A stretch of 63,883 nt of DNA from Gracilinanus agilis. Lineage: Eukaryota. The stretch covers positions 209,220,912-209,284,794 of the forward strand of contig NC_058133.1 in NCBI RefSeq assembly GCF_016433145.1, in the 5' to 3' direction. Every line of letters begins with the position of its first letter. Position 1 is the first letter of the stretch. Shown here piece by piece: positions 27,400-38,700 of this stretch. The position numbers and the translations under genes were made by a program. The notes beneath the pieces are model-generated. The model did not search any database. It worked only from the letters and a program-made list of their open reading frames with translations, and was not told the DNA's origin.

Positions 27400-28900
27400 C
27401 CCACCAGGCCAGGGGTTTGGCCGTGTCGCCGCTACCCCCACGAATACGAGTCCCTTTCTCCAGAGTTCACTGCTATTCGGTTGAGCCCATGTGTCTTAGC
27501 CGGGCCTGGTGAGCCAACTAAGAGCTCCACTGCCTCCGGTTAGGCCGAAGTCTAAGCCCATTGGGGAGCGGGACCGGGCGCACCGACCTCGTGGTCCGGC
27601 AGACGGCGCTGGCGAGGCGCCTCAGGCTCTGGCTCCGCCCCGCTCGCCCAACGCTGGGTCCTTGGAGCTCCCCAGGCGCGTTCGGAAATGACCTAACCGG
27701 AGACGCTGGGTCAAGCTGAATGCTGGCTGTGGCTGCTAGCCGCCGCCGCCGAAGGAGTGCACCATGTCCACGCTGATCCGGCATCCGCGGGCGGCGGGAA
27801 GATAGGGACGGTCTCGGCTCGGCAGGTGGGTGGTGGTTCCAGCGGGCGCCCGGGAGCGTTCTTTCCTTCCACCCTTGTCCGGCTGCCGGCGCTGCTTCCG
27901 CGCGCGTTTCCAGCTGTTCCGCCGGCGCAGTCGTGTTGGGGGATGGAGAGGACAGGGGTGTTGGAAGGAATCGGCAAACCCGCCCCGGAGTTCCTTAGGG
28001 AACAGGGACCCCGAAGGCTAGAGATGGCGGACGCTGCCCACAGCGGGGGCCCCAAACTGGAAGTCCCAGCCTTCCCTGGCCAGTCTTCCCCCTCGCCCCC
28101 ACAACCCTAAAGTTAGGAGTGCACAGGCTGACGCCCTAGGAACCAGACCTGTTTCGAGGTACAGCCGGTGCCTGGCGCTGGGGAGGGGGGGAGGGAAGGA
28201 GAGCCAATCTGGCGTTGAGGGCCTCTGGGGAGAAGCTAGCAAGAGAGTGGGATTTGGGGCTCAAGTGACCACAGAGAAGTTCCCATGAACGGAAAGGGAC
28301 CTTTTGTGGACGATCTGTTGCAAGGCCCTCTTTAGTTCAGTGAGCTCTGATGAGGGTCGGGCGAGGTGCGGAGAGAGACCTCGCACATCCCGAGCGGGAC
28401 AGGCAGGACCTGTGGAGTCCAAGTATTGGAAGCCTAACGAGTAGGTGGTCCCAAGCTGAGGCCATTCCCGTTACCAAGTTCCACTCTCGGGAGTGAGGGT
28501 GAATCCGAAGCTTAGAATTGTGCTGAGCTCTGTGATTTGTGGTGCGTGGAGCGTGGCCGGGGCGGGGCTTCCAGGCTGAGGTGGAGTTACAGGTATCCGC
28601 CTAGATAACTATGTTGTTTGTCTACGCTTCGCCGCCGCGGGCCAGGATTGTGGGCACCCGGAAAGCTATCCTGGCATCCGCCTAGAAAGTGCTCTGCCGC
28701 CCCTTCCAAGGTCCGGAGGGTTATCTCTGTTCATCCTAAACCTCGTCTCTCATTTAAGAAGTAGTAGATAGGGATTTCCAGAAATGAGCGGCCGGGGCAT
28801 TGTCCTTCCCAGCTTCTGGTGGGAGTTCCGTGTGAGGGTCTTCCCTCAGCCTAGGGGCCAGGCCAGCAGAGGATCCATTTTTGTTTTGTTGTAAACAATC
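27400..28900 (+). promoter_or_regulatory. MIF4GD: MIF4GD CpG island / promoter with candidate non-coding first-exon donors after 27825 and 28592
   Basis: Very CpG-rich, 0.5-2 kb upstream of the acceptor at 29379; GC box ggggcgggg near 28560; donors CAG|GTGGGT and CAG|GTATCC. Confidence 0.75.
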
Positions 28901-29426
28901 TGTGAGTCCGGCACCTTTGCTCCTGTCCACCTGGGGGTAGACGTGACTTAACTGAAGCCTGGTGAGCAGGTAGACACTGAACTAGCCAGGAAGACCTGGG
29001 GTTGGAGTCTCCCCGCTCTTACTTACCGGCTCTGAGACGCCTTTTACCCCCGTCTCCGGGTGCCAACTCTGTAAACTGGGGTTGGTTGGCCTTGATGACC
29101 TTGAACATCTAAATTAAAAATCTTCCTCATGAAGCCTTTTCTTATCCCCCATATAGCGTTCCTTTCCCTCCCAGACTACCGTGTGTAAAATTGTTTATTT
29201 ACAATGCATATAGTTTTATACATATTTCTAGTCCCCTTCCCCACCAGAATGTAAACTCACTTGTTGAGTAGAGATTATTCCCTTCTTTGTACTTCTATCC
29301 AAACACAGTAGGCATTTAGTAGCAGTTGGGTGCCTCGTTGATTTTGTGCCCATTCCTCTCTCCTCATCTCCTCATCAGGTGCTGCCAGCTCTCCCCTGCT
29401 TCTCAGCTGGGGGTGGCTGGGCAGTC

Positions 29427-29508
29427 ATGGGTGAACCAGGCCATGAAGAGTATGAAATTCAGTCCTTTGATGCTGAGACCCAGAGATTACTGAAGACTGC
29501 CCTCAAAG
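29427..29508 (+). CDS. MIF4GD: MIF4GD coding exon 1 (exon acceptor at 29379)
   Basis: ATG 29427, donor AAG|GTAAGA; 82 coding nt; acceptor ctcatcag at 29378. Confidence 0.95.
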
Positions 29509-32500
29509 GTAAGAAGGAATGTGGATTGGGCTCTGAACCAGGGCAGACCTTCTTAATCCCCTCTTAATCACACTGACAAAGAAATGGAGCCCGAGTCCCT
29601 GGTTTCATCACTTTAATTCTCCATTTATTAGTGAATTTAAAGCCTTAAGGTCTTGAATTGGGAACCAGGGCATGCTCATTTTAGATCTGACAGTTTGAGC
29701 CTCCGCTCCAAGTCTCCTTTGGTGCTTCATGGTGCTGTGGAGCTGACCCTAGTTTGCTGAAGTCCATCCCAGCAGAGCAGGCCACCAACTCAGGCTTATA
29801 GAATAGAAACTTCTCTAACTCCAGTACCTGGCCCATCAGACTCTTAACAAATGCTTGTTGGCTGTCTGATTGGAGAGGGTTGGCCAGCAGGGGCTTAACT
29901 TCTTTGCCACATAACTCATAATAACATACAAATTCAACAATTAATACCTCCACCCCCAGCTATGTGTAAAACTTGGGGCCGTGGTGATCTGCTTTAATAG
30001 AGGGAGTACCAACTTGGCTGAAATCACTTAATCCTGAAGTGAGCAGGTCTTGTGCCATGTTGTTGCCTCCTTCTCTCAAGCATGAGTTTCCAAGAAGGTG
30101 GTCTTTAAAAACCCAAAAGAACAGGGGAAACTGGATAGCTCAGTGGACAGAGTGCCAAGGCATGGAGACAGGAGGACCTGGGTTTAAATGTGGCCTGACA
30201 CTTCCTAGCTGTGTGACCCGGGGCAAGTCACTTAACCCTAATTGCCTAGCCCTTACAATTGCCTAACCCTTTCCTCTCTTCTCTCTCTTGGAACCAATAT
30301 TTAGTATTGATTCCATGTTGGAAGGTAATGGTATATATATATATATATATTAAAAAAGCTAAGGGAACCATCAAATTAGAAAATACTAGAGGGACAGTTG
30401 GGTAGCTCAATGGATCAAGAGCCAGACTCAGATGGGAGTCCTGGGTTCAACTCTGGCCCGATACTTCCTAGCTGTGTGACCCTGGGCAAGTCACTTAACT
30501 CCATTTTCCTGGCCCTTACCAGAACTGATATAGTGTCTAAGACAGAAGCATTTGAAAAACAAAAGCCATAAAAGAGAAGCTACTAGAGAAATTTAAGCCA
30601 GCATTTTAAAGGGGGAATAATGTGCTTTTATAATCCAGCATGAAGATAACTATAATCTCAGCAGGTATGCCAACAGAACAAGAGCTCTCCTAAGACCTTG
30701 AATATTAATGGGTCTGGGGATGGGTTTTGGGTCTGTCCAAGGACCAGCCAAGAAGCAGATCTGTATGAGCTTCTAACATGGACCAATAAACTTTTCAACC
30801 ACGCTACCTCAAAGGCCACCACTGAAGTCAAAGAAAAGTGGTGGTTTTTACCAATGAAGTAGCACCCATGCCAAGGGAATTTGATTTTTTTGTTTTTTAT
30901 TGGCTCATTGACCCAGAACCCTCGTAGATAAGAGAAGACAGTCACTGATCTTGAGGCATTTATAGCTTTACCGTCAGCTTTTGCCATAACGTACCCATCT
31001 CTCCTTAGGTCCCCTCTTCCCCCTTTATTTCCTAAAATGAGATCTTCAATGACGAAAGGTCCAGTGGCTCACCCATGGAAGAGGCAGTGCACAGACTGTA
31101 TGCAATGTAAGGGTTGCAAAGAGCTTAACATTATCTCAGTGGATCCTCACAACCACCCTGTGAGGCAGAGGGTACAGAGAGGGAAGCTGAGGCACCCAGA
31201 GGCTAGGGAGTCTGCCCAGGTCCACACAGCTGGTTCTCGGGGCAGGACTGGAACTCCAAAGCCAACACTCTATGTCTTGGGGCACTCAGCAGCTACCCCC
31301 GCGGCAGGGTTCCTGGGTACATTGCAGATAGGAAGAGCACTTCTATCAGTGGACTACCTCTCTTACCTTATCCTTAGAACCTGGTGCTGTGGATTTGGAG
31401 AAAGTGGCCAATGTGATTGTGGACCAATCCCTGAAAGACTGTGTGTTCAGCAAGGAAGCTGGACGCATCTGCTACACCATCATTCAGGTCTTGGGGTGGG
31501 GAGAGGCCCTGGGGCTGTTGGGGGCTGGGGGAGTTGCCCCACAAAGAGACTCTAGGGAATGAACAGAGAACTCCTGGCTAGCTGAGGGAAGGCAGGAAAG
31601 CAGCTTCCAAAGGCCCCTTACAGAAACCATTCTGCCCTGAGACCTCAGTGTCTCTAGCATAGGTGTCAGAGTAGGAGCAGAGGGAAGACCAAGGAAGGGA
31701 GGATTTCAGTGGCAGCCATCCTGGGAAAAGCCCCCACATACCCTGGGCTCACCTCACCTTCCCTGGGTCACAGGCAGAGAGCAAGCAAGCCAGCCAGAGC
31801 GTCTTTCGTCGGGGCCTCCTCAATCGGCTGCAGCAGGAGTACCAGGCCCGGGAGCAGCTCCGAGCCCGATCCCTGCAGGGCTGGGTCTGCTATGTCACCT
31901 TCATCTGCAACATCTTTGACTACCTGAGGGTGAGGCCAGTGAGAAGCTCCCACTTCCTTTGCCCCTGTGGCATCCCTACTCTAAAGCAAACCATGCTCAG
32001 TTTTCAGGGCTGTGGCCATGGCTCCTGCCTCACCCTGATCAAGGGAAGGTTAGGCTAAGAGCTGGAGGCAGAGGCCTCAGGAACTCTTTGAGGCTCTGCA
32101 GCCCTGTGCTCTTGGCACCAAGGGCTCTTACTCCAAACTTGATGTTTTAGGTGGTTTCTAGGTCTGCTTCATGCCAGTCTCTGCCTATGTACAGGATTGT
32201 TTCTAGAACTGGGGAATGGGACCATCTGTCCCTACTAACAGTGGTGCTTGGGTCCCTCCTCCATCAGGTGAACAACATGCCTATGATGGCATTGGTCAAC
32301 CCTGTCTATGACTGCCTTTTCCGACTGGCACAGCCGGACAGCCTGCACAAGGAGGAGGAGGTGAGGGGGAAAGGAAGTGCTGCATGCTAGAGCTGTCAGG
32401 AGAGCAGGGAGAGGGGGGACCCTCTTAGGAATTTAAGGCTTTGTGGTCAGTTTTGCAATTTGCTCTCTAACAGAATGGTACCAGAGTCACAACCCACCCA

Positions 32501-32963
32501 GGACAGAAAGCAAACAAATTGGGGAGGGCACAGGGAGAGAAGGGTTTAGGTCACTAGAAAGAGCAGTAGGAACCACCCAACTAAGGAGAATTAGTCTTAT
32601 GGGAAAGGGCAGAGCCCTGGTGTGGGAGCATGGATGAGTTGAGGGATCATAGGGTCCCAGAAATGGAATTAGGCAGAGAGGGAGAAGGGTGACTGGGGCA
32701 TGAAAAACTGGGGAATCCCTCCCCAACTCCTTCAGGTGGACTGCCTGGTGTTGCAACTGCACCGAATTGGAGAGCAGCTGGAGAAAATGAATGGGCAGAG
32801 GATGGATGAGCTGTTTGGTCTGCTGCGTGATGGCTTCCTGCTTCAGGAGGGGCTCAGCTCCCTGTCCCAGCTCTTGCTCCTGGAGCTTATTGAATTCCGG
32901 GCTGCTGGCTGGAGAACCACTCCTGCTGCCCAGAAATATTATTACAGCGAGGTTTTGGATTAG
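29427..32963 (+). CDS. MIF4GD: MIF4G domain-containing protein (SLIP1), full CDS span; join(29427-29508,31378-31487,31774-31929,32268-32360,32736-32963), 222 aa
   Basis: Five exons splice in frame (669 nt). MGEPGHEEYEIQSFDAETQRLLKTALK...KYYYSEVLD* recognised as MIF4GD. Confidence 0.97.
30124..30545 (+). mobile_element. Two tandem SINE1_Mdo-like copies in the MIF4GD intron
   Basis: Two heads (about 30124 and 30390), each with the CORE GTGACCC.GGGCAAGTCACTTAAC; (TA)n tail at about 30330. Confidence 0.8.
31378..31487 (+). CDS. MIF4GD: MIF4GD coding exon 2
   Basis: tccttag|AA, EPGAVDLEKVANVIVDQSLKDCVFSKEAGRICYTIIQ; weak donor CAG|GTCTTG required to keep frame; 110 nt. Confidence 0.93.
31774..31929 (+). 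CDS. MIF4GD: MIF4GD coding exon 3
   Basis: tcacag|GCA, AESKQASQSVFRRGLLNRLQQEY...NIFDYLR, AGG|GTGAGG; 156 nt. Confidence 0.95.
32268..32360 (+). CDS. MIF4GD: MIF4GD coding exon 4
   Basis: ccatcag|GTG, VNNMPMMALVNPVYDCLFRLAQPDSLHKEEE, GAG|GTGAGG; 93 nt. Confidence 0.95.
32736..32963 (+). CDS. MIF4GD: MIF4GD coding exon 5 (terminal)
   Basis: ccttcag|GTG, VDCLVLQLHRIGEQLEKMNGQRMDELF...KYYYSEVLD then TAG. Confidence 0.95.
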   Translation: MDCLVLQLHRIGEQLEKMNGQRMDELFGLLRDGFLLQEGLSSLSQLLLLELIEFRAAGWRTTPAAQKYYYSEVLD

Positions 32964-33073
32964 GCTGCCCCAGCCTCAGGCCCCACTCACCAGCACCTTC
33001 CAGGAGGTTTCTATCTACACATAATTCACCCTAAGACAGAGCCCCAGGCTCAGGCTCACACACCTGAACTTGT

Positions 33074-33079
33074 ATTAAA
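33074..33079 (+). terminator. MIF4GD poly(A) signal
   Basis: ATTAAA 110 nt after the stop codon, followed by a U-rich tract. Confidence 0.6.
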
Positions 33080-33274
33080 AGATTTCTCTGTTCCAATCTG
33101 TCTGCTACTAGGGGTACTACCCAACTTCAGACTCTGGGCTTACATCAGTCCAGCCCTAAGCAACTTTCTTCCTGCCCCCTACTCACTTAATTCGGCACTT
33201 CTGATCTTTTAACTTCTCCAGAAAGGTGACAGAAAGCAGTACCCTGGCCCACTGCATTCAACTACAGAAAAGCA

Positions 33275-33450
33275 CAGATACAGTTAGAAGGAACCTCAGA
33301 AGACAATAAGCTCAACTCCTTCACTTTACAAATAAGGAAACTGAGGCCCAGAAACATTAAATGATTTGCCCAGGGGTTACACAGATTAAGTGTCTGAAAC
33401 AGCATTCAAACCTAGGTCTTCCTGATTTCAAATCCAATGCACTATTTAGA
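33275..33450 (-). mobile_element. MIR-type SINE between the MIF4GD and MRPS7 3' ends
   Basis: ggaaactgaggcccaga...gatttgcccagggg..acacag CORE. Confidence 0.7.
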
Positions 33451-33731
33451 ATACCCAACTCAACTGAATGGGGCTACTTCCCCAACAGACTTCAGTGCAT
33501 CATCTATCTTGATACCTCAGTTTCCTGATTTGTAAAATGGTGACTTAGTATTAGGATGCTTTGACATCTTTATAGGATAAAATACAGAAGGAGAAATCTA
33601 AGAATCAGATAATAGAACTGAGGCCTAGTCTTTGAATGACCTGCATGAAAAGGAGGTTTCCAAAGCCAAGAGGTTAATGCCAGGTAAAGAGGCCAAGGCA
33701 TCAGAGCATAAGGAGTATGCTAAAAACTGAG

Positions 33732-33737
33732 TTTATT
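33732..33737 (-). terminator. MRPS7 poly(A) signal
   Basis: TTTATT on plus = AATAAA on minus, about 660 nt after the stop codon. Confidence 0.55.
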
Positions 33738-34398
33738 GCTTTTTATAATTTTTGTACAAAAATGACTTGGGAAACAAGGGTATTTTATCCAGACAAGTTT
33801 TAATGAGCTGCTGACCAAAACACTGGTTCAGTGTGGGATTTAAAAATATATAAACATATATATGTAATTTATTATGAACCAGTGTAGGACTTTTCTAGTA
33901 AACCTTTTCTAAAGTGAACGCTGCTTCTTTTTTTTCCAAAACCCAAAGGCTCAACTAGAACTGAGGTATTGGAAACAGCTTTACTGAGTTCATGTGCAGA
34001 GCCCAAGCATGTGTTCTTCCTCTGAACGGAAGTTAAATGTGACAAATGTTGGGGGGAAGGGGTATGGCACCCAGGATGGCACAGCTTGAGTGATTCCCCA
34101 TTCAGATGCCTCCCCACCCTTTAACATGCATGTTACAAACAGGAACCAAATGGATGTTTTACTCTAATTTCTGGCAAGACCAGTAAATAGTGACAAGGCT
34201 ACAAGGGGAATCTTGAAGAGAATGCATTCTAAGCTCCCACTACTCCAATCTGAAACCTGCCTTGTTAGTGTCCCTGGCCCCCAATAGTAAAAAATTAATG
34301 ACCCTCCTTTACTCAGGTTGACCTTTCCAGCAGCAGAAGGATAGAAGGCTGAGCAATATTGCCCAACTCTCACCTTGTGGCTCCAGCCTTCCTACCCT

Positions 34399-34620
34399 CT
34401 ACCACCAGCGGTAGTGGGCAAAGGCTCGGTTAGCCTCTGCCATCTTGTGCAGGTCATGTTTCTTCTTGACCACAGGGCCTTGGTTGTGGAAGGCTTCCAG
34501 TAATTCATGAGACAGTTTTTCTGGCATTAGCATTCTCCGGGGCTTCTTTTCCCGGCATTCTTGAATCATCCATTTCATGGCCAGGAAGCGTCGGCGCTTT
34601 TCACTCAGCGGGGCTGGGAC
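34399..34620 (-). CDS. MRPS7: MRPS7 coding exon 5 (terminal)
   Basis: caaaatag|[29 protein letters not shown]...[16 protein letters not shown] then TAG. Confidence 0.95.
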   Translation of the reverse strand, partial: VPAPLSEKRRRFLAMKWMIQECREKKPRRMLMPEKLSHELLEAFHNQGPVVKKKHDLHKMAEANRAFAHYRWW

Positions 34621-37600
34621 CTATTTTGAGAGAGTTGAGGGAGGAATAGTAAGATGAGAAAAGCCAAGCAAGTGAAGGAGGAGTTGAGCCTGCCACAGGC
34701 AAAGAGCATGATCTAAGAGAAGCCAAAGCAACATAAATTTAATGTCTATTATTTACTGAATAAGCATGTATTAGATACCTCCTATATATCAGGCACAAAA
34801 ACAATAGTCCCTGCCCTCAAGAAGCCAATGTGCTATCAGCAATAATCCATATACCTGTCACATAAGTAAATACAAAACCATGTACACAGTAAGCCAGGGG
34901 AAGAATGCCCTGCTAAATGATCTTTGAGTTCGGAGGGGCTATAGATCCTAAGGAACAGAGATGAAGGGGAAGAGCAAAAGCACAGAAGGGAGATGGGCTG
35001 CAGACTAGGAACCATCAACGGGCAAGTCTGAAACAACACTTCAGAGTGTGAAAGGATAAAATCTGGAGAACAGCAGCAGCAAAACTATTCTCTGTCCCCA
35101 TAAATCACACCATTTGGGAGGATGTAAACAATTGGTCTTGTTTAGACTAAGCTTTCCAAAAAGAAGAATTAGGTTTGCATTTGTCTCCCCTCCTTTTGTA
35201 CGTGGACACACAAAAACAGCACAATGACTGAGAGCAGGCATCCCTGAAAAACCTTCAGTCACATCAGACCATGGGGCAACCGGGAGGACCACCATTCCCT
35301 CTTGCTCACCTGATAGAAGTGGCCACCTTTAAGGATGCTGACCAGGCCAAGGACAGGTTGACAGTTGTTTAGGGCCTGATGAAAGATGGTGTAGGGGTTG
35401 CACTCAATGGTCTCCCTCTCCTCAGCTGGGGCTGCATGGTACTTCTGAAACTGCTTTCTCTTGAGAATTTCCAGAGTCTGGAAGAGAAATGTAATGAGAC
35501 CCTCTGAAATTCCTAGAAGGGTTAATTAGTCTGGCTTAGCTGAAAACTCCTTTTGGTTTATTTGGGCCTTTCACTATCTCTCTTGGGACTTCTCCATATT
35601 AGTCTATTTCTAGTCTCCCCCTCCTCTCTTCCCCACTACAGATCCCCCTCCCCTCTTAAAGCTGTGCAAGCTATGCCAACTTAAAAGCCCTTTTCTAAAG
35701 ATGCTCTGAATTGAGACGCTCATCAGTCTATTCTGGTAACAGTTTGTGGTTGCTGTTGACATAATCCCCCCACCCTGGCGCCACATGCACTAATGTCTCC
35801 TTTGGGACTGGGTTGAGGGAATCAAGGAAAAAAGGGACAAGAGAGGAAAAGGAGGGACAGGGAATGTCATCTTTACCTCAGTCATCAGGGATCTGGCCAG
35901 TATTTTGTTTCCTCCTTTCATCATCATGTTGGTGAATTTACTTCAAGGAGAAAAGCAAAATATTCAAGCCTCTAATAGAACACACTTATTTTAGACCCTC
36001 CCTAGAAATGGTCATTGCCCACTGAGAGAAGAAAGTATATGGATCTAACCTGATCATTGGGTCCTCAAACAAAGAGCTTGTCTTTGACGCTGGGGGAGCC
36101 TTGAAGACCTGTGTGGTTCTGAGATCCCTCTCAAATTTCTCCTCTTCAGTCAGCTCCTCTACGGGCTTACGGTAGAAGTCTTTATCAAGTTGAGGTTCTT
36201 TGTAATTCACATCATATCGGCTCCATCTTACCTGGGTCAATCTGGAAGGGGAGGAATGGGGATAAGAAGTCATAAGATAGAAGAATTTAGAGCTAAAAGT
36301 GACTCAAGATCACTGAGTCCAAATCTTTCATTCTGCAAGTGAGGAGAGTAAGGACTATAATTTACTTGCCCAAGGTCAGGCAAAAAGCAGGATGGGGCAG
36401 AATTGGGCTGTAAGATCAGGTCCCCGATTTCCAAATTTGGCTTGGCTTTTTGGTTTAATGTTCCTCCATGAAAGCCAGAAGACTAGATGTGAGGCCAACT
36501 GAATTTAAGCAGAAGGAATTCTGGCTATCTAGCCTCAGGGTGTGGCCCCCACATTAAAATATACTTTAAAACCCCTAGTGATAGGGAGCATCAATGATCC
36601 TTTCTAGAAGCACAAGATATTTCCCCTACTCTCAGCACAAACAGATCAGTAACCAAATCAAGGTTCCAATCCTGCATTTGCTGCCTCTGTAGCTTTGAGC
36701 AAGTTACTTAACCTATCTAGGCCTCAGTTTCCTCATCTGTAAAGTGAGGGGGCTAGACCAGATTGGTTAACTAGTCAATAAACACTTAAATGCTTTCTAT
36801 GTACCAAGTAGTGAAATGGCCTCAAAGCTCCCTTAAACTCGACATTTATGATTCCATAACATTTCCTGTTGCCCCCTCTCTCCTCTTTTAGGACCTTGGG
36901 TAAAGGAGGGTTCCTGGCATCTCACAGAATCAAAGAAACATTAAAGCTGCCTTAGATCTGTGCAGTCTCAAGTTCCTATTCAAGGGTTTGTTCACTCAGC
37001 TCCACAAAGCTTTGCAGTAATAAAGTCTTATCAAGCTAGGATTCTCTGTAATTGAGGCCACAGTATCAACCTTTATTTTGCAGATGAAAAAACTAAGGGG
37101 TTGGAGGTGACCTGTCATGGTGTAAAGGAAGCTGAATGGTGTGTAATGTAGAAAACTGGCCCTGGACTCAGGGAAGACCTGAGTCTAACTCCAGCCTCAG
37201 GCACTAACTTACTAGTTGTGATTCAAGATAAATCACTAAACTTATTTATTAACTCCATTTCCTCAACTGTAAAATGAAGATAATAAAAACAAAATCCCAA
37301 GGTTGTGAGGATCAAAAGACATATGCATATATTTTTTTGCCTTGCATTATTCTATTTACTTTTATTACTATACATTAAGTGTTTTAAAGTACGCATGTGC
37401 AAAATTTCCCAGGGAAGTCAGTCATTATGGTATATGCATATATATACATACATGTAAAGAGTGCATATGATACACAATAAAATCCAGTTAAATATATATA
37501 GGGAGCAGTAAAGTCCTGGCATTCTGATTTTTTTTTAGAGAAGACCCCAATTCCACTCCAGGGCATCCTTTGGGCCCTGGGTGGTCCTATCCCACTCCAT

Positions 37601-38585
37601 CCAGAGGCTTTCACTGACTGTAGGTATCTGAGGTAAAAGATAATGGCAGGCACTGTTTCCTATGGGTCCCTTTCCAGTAGTCCTATTATTAGCTTTCTCA
37701 GTTAAAGAGTTGTACCTTTCCTCTTCAGTCTTATCGTGGGAAAATAAGAGTTTTCAGTAGGGATATTGTTGTTTTTAAAGAAAAAGTTGCATTTTTTCCC
37801 ATTGGGAGAAAAAACTAAAGAAACAAAAAGATAAATCTAGCTGTTTGTGATGGAGTGGGCAACTTCTTTTCATGATATCCCAGTTCTCTTTTATGAAATG
37901 CTGCAACATTTACTTCAAAAACATTTTCTCCATTGTGATCATGGAGATCATGATTCACACACACACCCCTTGAGACGCAATATCAAAGCTAATTGTTGCT
38001 GCTACCAAGAAGAAATCAAGCGTCTACTATGTGCTAGGCACTACACAAAGTATGGTTTACATATGGACACAGAAAAAAATCACTTGCCTCTTCCTAGTTA
38101 GTATTTATATAACGCCTTCAGTGGGCGCAGATCCCCTCCGCGGCGATAGGCCATGCACCAATCTAACCCAAGCGGTTGCAGCCTCTGCTAGTATAGGGAC
38201 CTGGCCAACAACTTGTAAAAGGGGTGGGGGGACTTCATGATCTCCAAAGTCCCTTGGCCTCCTCTCAACCCAGTTTCACACACCTGCCCCTAGGCCAGGT
38301 CGTACTAGGGCGGGCCTCCCAGGCCCCATTCGCCCCAAGACCAGGTTGCACTAAGCGGATCTGGAAAGAGGCTGGGGTGAAAGAAAAGTCTTCGCTTGCT
38401 CCCCTACCAAAACCCCGACGCAGATCGAAAAGGGCTCGGCTGCCCGCCACCTCGGTCAAGCACAAAAGACCTTGGCTCCCCCGACGCTGGTTTTCTCACC
38501 CTGGAATCGCCCGGAGTGTCTTCCGCACCCTGGGCCCCAAAGCCCAGAAGAAACGCGCCGAGTTGACAGAGGGGACAACCATCAT
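34399..38585 (-). CDS. MRPS7: Mitochondrial ribosomal protein uS7m, full CDS span; complement join(38585-38500,36241-36050,35940-35877,35477-35310,34620-34399), 243 aa
   Basis: Five minus-strand exons splice in frame (732 nt). Acid-free, Arg-rich presequence, then LTQVRWSRY...[14 protein letters not shown], the S7-family C-terminus. Confidence 0.96.
35310..35477 (-). CDS. MRPS7: MRPS7 coding exon 4
   Basis: ctcttccag|[39 protein letters not shown]...GGHFYQ, CAG|GTGAGC; 168 nt. Confidence 0.95.
35877..35940 (-). CDS. MRPS7: MRPS7 coding exon 3
   Basis: ccttgaag|[25 protein letters not shown]|GTAAAG; 64 nt. Confidence 0.95.
36050..36241 (-). CDS. MRPS7: MRPS7 coding exon 2
   Basis: ccttccag|[36 protein letters not shown]...FEDPMIS, CAG|GTTAGA; 192 nt. 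Confidence 0.95.
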
Positions 38586-38700
38586 GGCTGGTTCTAGGAC
38601 CCCACAAGCCGGAGAGGAATGCCTGCTGGATTGCCTGAGCAGTTTTGAGAACTCTCGCGATCTTTCGTTGAGCCCGCCCCCATCAGCTTTTTAACATAAA
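38120..38700 (-). promoter_or_regulatory. MRPS7: MRPS7 CpG island / promoter with TCTCGCGA motif (38653-38660) and GC box (38672-38680)
   Basis: CpG-rich region around exon 1; actctcgcgatc and agcccgcccc just upstream of the ATG. Confidence 0.75.
38500..38585 (-). CDS. MRPS7: MRPS7 coding exon 1 (mitochondrial targeting peptide)
   Basis: gcc[35 protein letters not shown], donor AGG|GTGAGA; phase 2 matches exon 2; lies in a CpG island. Confidence 0.88.

Noticed and set aside
28593-28600. GTATCCGC as a possible U12-type donor
   Set aside because: It deviates from GTATCCTT at +7/+8, and no U12 branch site (TCCTTAAC) lies near the 29379 acceptor.
31037-31555. 172-aa ORF over MIF4GD exon 2
   Set aside because: It starts in MIR-derived intron sequence and reads the exon out of frame; no splice or homology support.
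38224-38694. 156-aa plus-strand ORF
   Set aside because: It is antisense to MRPS7 exon 1 in a GC-rich island, where long stop-free frames occur by chance; no recognisable domain.
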